Of a DNA stretch of 64,000 nt, positions 55,935 through 63,407 are shown piece by piece (within the stretch, counting starts at the first letter, position 1; each line of letters begins with the position of its first letter). A program made the position numbers and the translations under genes. The DNA comes from Candidatus Poribacteria bacterium. GTDB lineage: Bacteria > Poribacteria > WGA-4E > WGA-3G. The DNA lies in NCBI GenBank assembly GCA_965198235.1, contig OZ240248.1, forward strand, positions 4,998,881-5,062,880, written 5' to 3'. The notes beneath the pieces were generated by a model, which saw only the letters and a list, made by a program, of their open reading frames with translations, was not told the origin of the DNA and did not search any database.

Positions 55935-56651
55935 TTAGCCTCGTTGCACTTTAAACTTGAAAACGAAAGTTGTTTGTTGTTCATTGAAATCACTTGTGAC
56001 TCTCGGTACAATGATTCGCAAGCTGCTATATTTAATGCTTCGCTTACGGAAATAGAGGAAGAATCTCGCGTGTTGTCCGGGCATCACGGTTGTTTTCTCA
56101 AGGTCTGCTCTGGGGAGTACTGCTGGATCGCCTTGTATTCTAATCGCCTTATCCCATCGGAACACTTCCGCACCGAATTCGGGTGGCAACTTCGGTCTGA
56201 AGTTCTTTTTTAGGTAAAAGGATTCCTGTGATTTATCAATTGGCTTCGTAACGCTTCCCGTGCCATCAAGCATCTGGCAATCCTTCTTTTTGAAGGATAT
56301 CCAGTGGTCGGTTCCATTGAAGATAAAGATGCCGAACGCATCAACCACCTTCACATCGTTTAGTGGCACTGCCATTGCTTTCACGCCGTTTTTGACATAA
56401 CCAACAGTACCCGTCTGCGGCATGATATGAGCATCCGGGTCGAACACAGGGACAATCATCTCTGGCTGGAAGGTATCTTTGAGGAAATCTGGGACCTCTG
56501 GGACCTTCAAGCAGTTCAGCGGGATTAGTGCTAAACAGAGCACCGCTAAAATCTCTAAGACATGCACTCGAAGCAGGTCTACGATCTTCGCGTTCCTTCG
56601 GTTTTCGGATTGAGTGTTTAAAGTTCGCAACAGACCTATCTTATTTTTCAT
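55935..56651 (-). CDS. Hypothetical membrane-anchored or exported protein
   Basis: 238 aa with an SD (GGAG) and the N-terminal hydrophobic segment ILAVLCLALIPLNC. No recognisable domain. Confidence 0.55.
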   Translation of the reverse strand: MKNKIGLLRTLNTQSENRRNAKIVDLLRVHVLEILAVLCLALIPLNCLKVPEVPDFLKDTFQPEMIVPVFDPDAHIMPQTGTVGYVKNGVKAMAVPLNDVKVVDAFGIFIFNGTDHWISFKKKDCQMLDGTGSVTKPIDKSQESFYLKKNFRPKLPPEFGAEVFRWDKAIRIQGDPAVLPRADLEKTTVMPGQHARFFLYFRKRSIKYSSLRIIVPRVTSDFNEQQTTFVFKFKVQRG

Positions 56652-56721
56652 TTGTGATCTCCATAGTTACAAATTTTTCCGTGGCATGTTGTAGGAGGGG
56701 TTTATAACCCCGAATTCCTTG

Positions 56722-57867
56722 CTACAATGCCGGTTTTTTACCTTTAAGGGCGAGCATCGCAGCACCCACAATGCCTGCATCGTTTCCGAGGTGTGCCTTT
56801 ATGATCTTCATCCGCGCTGGAATATCCATAGCACGTTTGGAAAGTTCAGCCCGGATGGGCTCAAAGAGAAGTTTTTCACCAGCTTCCGCTATACCACCCC
56901 CGATGATTGCAATTTGTGGGTTGAGAATATGCGCTATTGAGGTGAGGGCAACGCCTATATATCGTCCTGTTTCAGCAAAAACCTCCATTGCGACTCTGTC
57001 ACCCGCCTGTGCCGCCTCCGCTATTTGCCGTGGTGTTAGTGCTATTCCATTCTTCATTGCTTTCGCTAAAATCGTAGACCGTCCTGTTTCTATTTTCTCC
57101 TGCGTCCGTTCAACGATGTTTTTCGCGCCAGCATAAGCCTCAAGACAACCTTGATTACCGCACCCACAGTAACGCCCGTTGGGTTCAACGACAGTATGCC
57201 CAAGTTCGCCTGCAGTATTTTGACTTCCATGGTAAACTTGCCCGTCGATCACGACTCCTCCACCTACGCCTGTGCCGAGCGTTAATGCGACGATGTTTTT
57301 GTATCCAACACCGGCACCGTGACGAAGTTCACCCAGTGTCATCGCATTCACATCGTTGTCCATGCCCCTTAATATAAGTTTGTACTTCCTGCGCAAGCCT
57401 ATAGAGGCTTGCGGGACAATACTATGAGTTTGTGAGTTATCATTTGCGGCTGTCTTCGGAAGGTGTAACTTCGCCAATTCAGCATTCACATAACCGACAA
57501 GTGGGATGTCACTCCAACCGGGGAAATTAGGTGAGAAGTGGACAACTCCTGTTTCAGCAATGATAAGTCCAGGTGCCCCCAGTCCAATCCAAATCTCGCT
57601 TGTATCATCGTGATTTTCAGATTCTTTCGCGCTGCTTAAAGGACGTTGTGGTGCTTTGCCTAATTTTGATATGACTTGTGCATCCGCAGTTTCTGCTTTC
57701 ACAAGAACTTGATGAACGGCTTCCGCAATTCGAGCTGCTACTACTTTGGGACCTCCTACTTCAACATCTGTAGGGAGCACGACACGGCAAGAAACATCGC
57801 CTACTGATGAAACTAACCCAGCCTTGATATCCGTTCCGCCAAGATCGACGCCAATACTATATTCCAT
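56722..57867 (-). CDS. ROK-family glucokinase with two insertions
   Basis: IGVDLGGTDIK, NDVNAMTLGE, GTGVGGG, GELGH and the CGCGNQGCLE zinc motif. Extra segments fall at about residues 55-90 and 140-172. Confidence 0.85.
   Translation of the reverse strand: MEYSIGVDLGGTDIKAGLVSSVGDVSCRVVLPTDVEVGGPKVVAARIAEAVHQVLVKAETADAQVISKLGKAPQRPLSSAKESENHDDTSEIWIGLGAPGLIIAETGVVHFSPNFPGWSDIPLVGYVNAELAKLHLPKTAANDNSQTHSIVPQASIGLRRKYKLILRGMDNDVNAMTLGELRHGAGVGYKNIVALTLGTGVGGGVVIDGQVYHGSQNTAGELGHTVVEPNGRYCGCGNQGCLEAYAGAKNIVERTQEKIETGRSTILAKAMKNGIALTPRQIAEAAQAGDRVAMEVFAETGRYIGVALTSIAHILNPQIAIIGGGIAEAGEKLLFEPIRAELSKRAMDIPARMKIIKAHLGNDAGIVGAAMLALKGKKPAL
57391..57420. repeat. 30-nt palindromic element inside the ROK CDS (identical copy at 62376-62405)
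   Basis: GCGCAAGCCTATAGAGGCTTGCGGGACAAT with the 8-bp stem GCAAGCCT/AGGCTTGC. Translated on the minus strand as IVPQASIGLR. Confidence 0.8.
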
Positions 57868-57889
57868 TTTTTTATTTTAATTTATCATG

Positions 57890-58055
57890 CTCCATTACAT
57901 TCCGCAGTGGTTTCTGGTTAATTCCAACGCAATTAAGGATATGTACGTTTGTAGGAGCGAACTCCAACTCGCGAGTTCCTTAAAAGCGTACGCAGCACCC
58001 GTCGCGTCGGTATTGACCAAACACCATCGTGGAATGTAATGGAACGATGCCCAGG
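57890..58055 (+). mobile_element. MITE-like element with 13/14-nt terminal inverted repeats
   Basis: Left end CTCCATTACATTCC (57890-57903) against right end GGAATGTAATGGAA (58031-58044). The right TIR forms the loop of a CATCGT/ACGATG hairpin. Confidence 0.5.
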
Positions 58056-58065
58056 AACTTAATAA

Positions 58066-59352
58066 TTAAAAAAAGAAAACTTGTGCGCCGTCACTGACAT
58101 TACAGAGATAAATTTCAGGTTCAATACCGGTGTGTTTGTGGTACTCCGTCGTCACGAGCGTTTGGAACGTTTCTAAAACGTTTCTATGAACGATGTTAAC
58201 TGTGCATCCACCAAAACCCGCACCCGTCATTCGGCTCCCAATTACGCCTGTGATGCTACGGGCAATGTCGGTAAGCCAATCTAACTCACTACAACTGACT
58301 TCGTAATCATCTCGAAGCCCGTCGTGCGACGCGTTCATGAGTCTACCGAATTGTATCAGCGATTCGTTTGTCTCTTCTACCGTTTGTAGGTGTCGCGTCT
58401 TAAGCACAGCAACCGCATCTAATACACGGGTATTTTCCTCAATCACATATCGACACCTTTTTTGTGTTAACGCAGGAAGTTCTTCTTCATATTTTTTGAA
58501 ATCTGTTAGCGTAATGTCCCGAAGTGAAGAGATGTCGGGGAACCATTGTTTAAGGATAGCAACCCCTCTTTCACATTCCGCGCGGCGTTTATTGTATTCA
58601 GAAGCGGCAAGTTCGCGTTTTACCTTCGTATTACAAATAGCAATACAATGCGTTGCCAAGTTGAGTGGGACATGTTCGTGTTCAAGCGAGCGGCAGTCCA
58701 GAAACAGTGCTTGATTTTCCTGTCCCATCAACGAGATCGTCTGGTCCATGATACCACACTTAACACCAACAAATTTGTGTTCTACCTGTTGGCACAACGC
58801 CGCGATTTCTTTGTTGTTAATTTCTAATTGTGGCGCGCTTTCGGGTGTTCCGGACACAGAACTGGCGGTTAAAAAAGTAAGCGCGGTCGAGACTGAAAGT
58901 GCCGCTGAAGAACTCAGACCGGCACCAATCGGCACATCACCTGTGATGACAGCATCTATTCCTGATACTTTTTTGCCTGATGTTTGTAGGAGGGACGCAA
59001 CCCCGATGAGATAATGGCTCCATGCTGGAGCGTGATGTTGAATAGAAGGAAGCGTATCCAGACGGAATTCGTAAGAGTCGTTAACATCTAAAGCATGTAA
59101 CCTGACACGTCCATCAGGTCTCTTCCGAGCAGCGATGTTGAGATATTTATCAATCGCCACTGGAAACACATAACCGTCGTTGTAATCTGTATGTTCGCCG
59201 ATGAGGTTCACTCTGCCGGGGGCGGATACAACAAATGCGGATGTGCTACCGAAGATTTCTTTAAATTTCTGGTTGGTGAAGGAAACGCGCTTAGATCTGC
59301 TTTCAGAGACACCTATATTGTTCGGATCGTCGCGCAAAATGTTTTTTTTCAT
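58066..59352 (-). CDS. galK: Galactokinase
   Basis: GRVNLIGEHTDYNDGYVFPVAI, GAGLSSSAA and TGAGFGGC. Start at either the ATG at 59352 or the TTG at 59370. Confidence 0.9.
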   Translation of the reverse strand: MKKNILRDDPNNIGVSESRSKRVSFTNQKFKEIFGSTSAFVVSAPGRVNLIGEHTDYNDGYVFPVAIDKYLNIAARKRPDGRVRLHALDVNDSYEFRLDTLPSIQHHAPAWSHYLIGVASLLQTSGKKVSGIDAVITGDVPIGAGLSSSAALSVSTALTFLTASSVSGTPESAPQLEINNKEIAALCQQVEHKFVGVKCGIMDQTISLMGQENQALFLDCRSLEHEHVPLNLATHCIAICNTKVKRELAASEYNKRRAECERGVAILKQWFPDISSLRDITLTDFKKYEEELPALTQKRCRYVIEENTRVLDAVAVLKTRHLQTVEETNESLIQFGRLMNASHDGLRDDYEVSCSELDWLTDIARSITGVIGSRMTGAGFGGCTVNIVHRNVLETFQTLVTTEYHKHTGIEPEIYLCNVSDGAQVFFF

Positions 59353-59372
59353 ATTTCTAACTATGGCCAAAT

Positions 59373-59477
59373 GCCCATCGTTCCTCTACAGAGATTTCAC
59401 CCCTACCGGGTTAGAACCCTTCTTACAGTTCAGTCCCGTTTGAAATTGACCAGAAACCTGCCCGAAATGTAATGGAG
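59373..59477 (-). repeat. MITE-like family member, inverted orientation
   Basis: The minus strand reads CTCCATTACATTTCGGGCAGGTTTCTGGT ... GGAACGATGGGC, with ends matching the element at 57890. Confidence 0.45.
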
Positions 59478-59539
59478 GGCAGCGCGAAGGCCAATTATTT
59501 AAAAACCTGAAACGTAGTGGTAGACAGCGCGAAGGCTCA

Positions 59540-60259
59540 TCATTTAAAGAATTTCAGAAATAATCCCAACGTACTTGGCAGTTCCTCACGAGGGATATAA
59601 CAATCAACACTTAGGTCAGGTTCAACGTCTTTTTCCGATAGTGATGGCTGTGTCAGAAGTTGTTCTTCTGGGGCATGCAGCGCGGGTTGTAAATTCGGTG
59701 ATGCTGGTTTTTTAGCAGGGGCTGTACCTTCCGCGATAACCAGTTCGCCGACAGGGAGATACGTCGCCAGTGGATATACTTCCGTTTCAGTTAAAACAGT
59801 GATATGAGGAAGTGGTGTATCTGCTAATCGCTCCATCTGCATCGTTAAGTAGGTGGTTTCTGCCAAAGCTGCTCGCGGTCCGTCCGGTTGGCACGCGACG
59901 ATCGTAATCAATGGAATCTGTTTTTGTAAGGCACTTTCAATCGCTGTGAGAAAAAAGGATGCATTGAGCTCTGCAGGGATTACATCTATATCTGCGATGA
60001 ACAGACAGGCTGGGTGCCCTGAAAGCATTCCTTCAGCAATAAGTCCGGATTCCTTAGTGGATCTGGTTTCTGTTGTTGGCAAGTCATCGAGTAAATATTC
60101 AAGCCGTTTTTCAGCGAGGAGCGGGAACAGCGCACCGCAATATGAGCAGATATAAAGGTTCCGTTCAAGTTCGTTTTTGAAAGCGAACTCTTGGCACCCG
60201 GTGCATTTGTGCCATAGACTGGTGTTTTCTTCAAGGTCTTTGGAGATATGCGTTTCCAT
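59540..60259 (-). CDS. Truncated, catalytically degenerate AccD-like (carboxyltransferase beta) protein
   Basis: N-terminal zinc ribbon W.KC.GC..(x)..ELERNL..C..C as in AccD. The crotonase-like core is recognisable (PLITIV.., LPHITVLTE), but the GGSMG and SGGARMQE glycine motifs are absent. 239 aa. Confidence 0.6.
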   Translation of the reverse strand: METHISKDLEENTSLWHKCTGCQEFAFKNELERNLYICSYCGALFPLLAEKRLEYLLDDLPTTETRSTKESGLIAEGMLSGHPACLFIADIDVIPAELNASFFLTAIESALQKQIPLITIVACQPDGPRAALAETTYLTMQMERLADTPLPHITVLTETEVYPLATYLPVGELVIAEGTAPAKKPASPNLQPALHAPEEQLLTQPSLSEKDVEPDLSVDCYIPREELPSTLGLFLKFFK

Positions 60260-60347
60260 TTTTTTAACGTTTTTCTAACTATGGGAATCTGGGCGTTGCT
60301 CCAAATGTAAAGCAAAGACAAATTATGCCATTTAAGGAAACCTAATT

Positions 60348-60454
60348 TCATTCCGCAACGGTTTTCATCTAAGTTATAAGCCTGTCTTAGGTTTCAAAAG
60401 GTTTTTAACTTAACCAGACACCATCGTGAAACGAAGTGGAACGATGCTCAGAGG
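60348..60454 (+). repeat. MITE-like intergenic repeat family member
   Basis: TCATTCCGCAACGGTTTTC ... CACCATCGTGAAACGAAGTGGAACGATGCTCAGAGG. The last 36 nt are identical to 55880-55915. Confidence 0.5.
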
Positions 60455-60475
60455 TCCAATAAATTAAAAAACAGT

Positions 60476-60841
60476 TCAAGTCCGTATGATTCCAGCTATC
60501 GCTTCTGCTTCCGTATCATAGCAGTCAAAAATTGTCATCAATTTTGCCATGACGATAAGACTTCTGACGTTGCCACCGAGGTTCAAGAGGACTATGTTCC
60601 CTTCGTTGCGTCGGATGGTGGTATGAGAGGCGACAAGCACTCCTAAGCCGGAACTATCCATCATCTGGACCCGTTCCATGTTTAAAATTATGTTGAATTT
60701 TTCCCCAGGCTCCCCTTCGCTATCAGCTACTTGAATCTGTTGATGAATGATGTCTTTGAGAGCTAAGACATCTACTCCAATAACTTTCCCCTCAATATCT
60801 AAAATTGTAATGCTACCTTTGTGTCGAAGGTTGACTTGCAT
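60476..60841 (-). CDS. STAS-domain anti-sigma-factor antagonist (RsbV/SpoIIAA-like)
   Basis: 121 aa with the MDSSGLGVLV phosphorylatable-Ser motif. Confidence 0.85.
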   Translation of the reverse strand: MQVNLRHKGSITILDIEGKVIGVDVLALKDIIHQQIQVADSEGEPGEKFNIILNMERVQMMDSSGLGVLVASHTTIRRNEGNIVLLNLGGNVRSLIVMAKLMTIFDCYDTEAEAIAGIIRT

Positions 60842-61092
60842 AGAAATACCTTAAAAGTTTAAATTACTCCCAACCCTGAGAGGACAATTCCGGTTCTCGG
60901 TTCCCTGGATATTCCTCTATAAAGAGGGTTCAATGCTTTCCCACATTGTGCTACTGAAGGACAATTTATAGATTCTTAACGCTTGAGCCCTATGTGGGAA
61001 AAGGCTTAGATATAGTGATAAGAGGCATCTTACGCCTCTTTACTCGTTTGGTTAGAGTCGCGAAATCCACGTAAATCCGAGCGTAGATGTGA

Positions 61093-61836
61093 CTATGGTT
61101 CTGGAATCCCCTTATATTTGACCATTTTGATGATAGTCCCGTTATTTTCGTAAGTTACAGAGTCCATGCAGGCTTCCATCAAAAATAGTCCTCTACCACT
61201 GCTTTTGAGCAAGTTTTCCGGGTCGAGGGGATCGGCGACTTCCTTGCGTGTGAATCCATCGCCTTCGTCCTCGATGACGATCTCAAGTTTACCCTCGGCA
61301 AGAGTGAATTCGATGGTCGCTTTTTTAATTGGATTTTCTTTATTGCCGTGTTTGATCGCGTTTGTACCCGCTTCAATGACAGCAAGGTTAATCTGTTCTT
61401 GGATGTCCTCTGTGAAATCTGTCTCTTTCAGAATCTCGGTGACAACAACGTCGAGTAGGTAAACATGTTGCATTGAACTTGGGAGAGAAAGTCTAATAAT
61501 TCGTTCAGTTCCAGTTTCTTTGCGCGTAGACTCCTCACCCTCGTCCTCAGTGGCAATGGTTAATCGGTTTTCAGCAAAAATCAGCTGAAAAGTCGTTTGT
61601 TCTTCCGGATCCTCTTTATTGCTGTGCTTGGTCGCGTTTGTACCCGCTTCAATGACAGCAAGGTTAATCTGCTCTTGGATGTCCTCTGTGAAATCTGCCT
61701 CTTTCAGAATCTCGGTGACAATGACTTTGAGTAGATCAACATGTTGCATTGAACTTGGGAGAGAAATCGTAATAACCTGTTCAGTTCTCTCGCCCACGTT
61801 TGAAGCTCCTTCTCTGCACACTTGGGTGTTTTCCAA
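61093..61836 (-). CDS. RsbW/SpoIIAB-like anti-sigma serine kinase with tandem duplication of its N-terminal half
   Basis: LSLPSSMQHV..VTEILKE.DFTEDIQEQINLAVIEAGTNA.KH.NKE occurs twice. Only the second copy continues into DEGDGF and GRGLFLM (G-boxes). Confidence 0.8.
   Translation of the reverse strand: MENTQVCREGASNVGERTEQVITISLPSSMQHVDLLKVIVTEILKEADFTEDIQEQINLAVIEAGTNATKHSNKEDPEEQTTFQLIFAENRLTIATEDEGEESTRKETGTERIIRLSLPSSMQHVYLLDVVVTEILKETDFTEDIQEQINLAVIEAGTNAIKHGNKENPIKKATIEFTLAEGKLEIVIEDEGDGFTRKEVADPLDPENLLKSSGRGLFLMEACMDSVTYENNGTIIKMVKYKGIPEP
61338..61789. repeat. 276-nt-period tandem duplication inside the RsbW-like gene
   Basis: 61338-61513 and 61614-61789 are nearly identical, for example GCGTTTGTACCCGCTTCAATGACAGCAAGGTTAATCTG(T/C)TCTTGGATGTCCTCTGTGAAATCTG. 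Confidence 0.85.
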
Positions 61837-62132
61837 GGGCAGCTACAAGGCAGGGCTTGAAAATAGTCCTACCTTAGTGGCTATCGGCTTTCAGCCTTCG
61901 GCTATCAGCGGGTCCGCTGACGGCTGATTGCTGGCGGCTGACTGTACTTTTTAGCATGTTTTGGTATCATTAAGATTTATTATACCATAGTTTTTCCTGA
62001 AAAAACTTGCCAAAAATGTTAAGATATTCTACAGTAAGTGTAACAAACTTGTGATGGGATGCGTGCATGGTTTCCGCATCCAAGTAACTCTGAAACGGGT
62101 TCGGCTATGGCTATAGCCGAACCCCTCCTAAT

Positions 62133-63407
62133 TTAAATATTTCGCTTGACAATAATTAATGCTCTGTCGTCATGGGGATTTGTGCTTCCACTAAACAGTG
62201 TTAGATCGTTAACAACCACCTCACATAACGCTGATGCTGACAATCCCGTGTTTTTGGAAATACAGGCGGCAAGCCTATCTCCACCGTAGAAGCTATCCAT
62301 TGGTATTGTATTTCGGAGCACGTCCGCATCCACTGCACTCGTAGAGGCTTTCTGGTTTTTACTGAAAACTGACTGGCGCAAGCCTATAGAGGCTTGCGGG
62401 ACAATGTTTCCAGTTTCCGTTTCGGTAATACCATCCGTATAGAAAACAAGAATATCGCCGGGAGACAAAGAACAGATGGCACTTGAAAACGTCGCTTCCT
62501 CAAATGCGCCTATCAACATGCCTTCTGTTTTTAAGACCCCCATCTCGCTGGTATTCTTCCAGTGGAATGGATAACAGTGCCCTCCATTTGAATACGTGAA
62601 GGTCGAATTCGCTATGTCCAATATACCGTAAACCATTGTTGCGAACAAATCTGCTTCGGTGTCACGGACCACTAAATCATTAATCCGTTTGAGGATTGAC
62701 GCAGGGGTGTCTTCCTCATGGCAGAGTAAGCGGAGTGCAGTTCGAACCATCACCATCAACAGTGCCGCAGGAATACCGTTGCCCTTTACATCACCGAGAA
62801 CGAGTCCGACCTGTGTTTCATTCAACGGGATGAAATCATAGAAATCACCAGAGACGGACGTTGAACTTTGGAGCAGAGTTGCGATGTCAAAACCTTCAAG
62901 ATTTGGTGCTTGTTCAGGTAATAATTTTTTTTGAATAGCGGCGGCGGCTTGAAGATGTCCAGCGAGTTGTTGCAACCCTTCTTCGCTGAACTTGTCTCCC
63001 ATCGCATGCATTAACGGGTTGATATATTTGATGGGACGAGTTCTACCTAAAACAGCTTCAACCCGCGCGGTTAACTCGCGTAGGTCAAACGGTTTCGTGA
63101 TATAATCGTCTGCGCCGGTATCCAAACCGAGGACTTTATCTTCTGTCTGTCCACGGGCAGTCACTAAAATGACCGGAACGTTTTTTGTATCTTCTATATT
63201 TTTTAGTTCTTCAATGACCTCGAAGCCGTTTTTATGTGGCATCATCACATCGAGAAGAATAAGATCCGGGGGGTTCGCACATGCGCTCTGCACTGCACTC
63301 TCACCATCGTTTGCTGTTCGTACGTTGTAGCCCTCCGGTTCAAGGCTCATTTTTAGCAATTCAAGGATGTCAAGATCGTCATCAACAATTAAAATCGTTT
63401 CAGCCAT
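62133..63407 (-). CDS. Response-regulator receiver fused to a PP2C/SpoIIE phosphatase (RsbU-like)
   Basis: Start at the ATG at 63407. ILIVDDD..DLILLDVMMP..PVILVTA receiver, and GDFYDF..GDVKGNG..FYTDGITE PP2C motifs. Confidence 0.85.
   Translation of the reverse strand: MAETILIVDDDLDILELLKMSLEPEGYNVRTANDGESAVQSACANPPDLILLDVMMPHKNGFEVIEELKNIEDTKNVPVILVTARGQTEDKVLGLDTGADDYITKPFDLRELTARVEAVLGRTRPIKYINPLMHAMGDKFSEEGLQQLAGHLQAAAAIQKKLLPEQAPNLEGFDIATLLQSSTSVSGDFYDFIPLNETQVGLVLGDVKGNGIPAALLMVMVRTALRLLCHEEDTPASILKRINDLVVRDTEADLFATMVYGILDIANSTFTYSNGGHCYPFHWKNTSEMGVLKTEGMLIGAFEEATFSSAICSLSPGDILVFYTDGITETETGNIVPQASIGLRQSVFSKNQKASTSAVDADVLRNTIPMDSFYGGDRLAACISKNTGLSASALCEVVVNDLTLFSGSTNPHDDRALIIVKRNI
62376..62405. 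repeat. Second copy of the 30-nt palindromic element, inside the PP2C domain CDS
   Basis: Identical to 57391-57420 and again read as IVPQASIGLR within an extra segment after FYTDGITETETGN. Confidence 0.8.
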
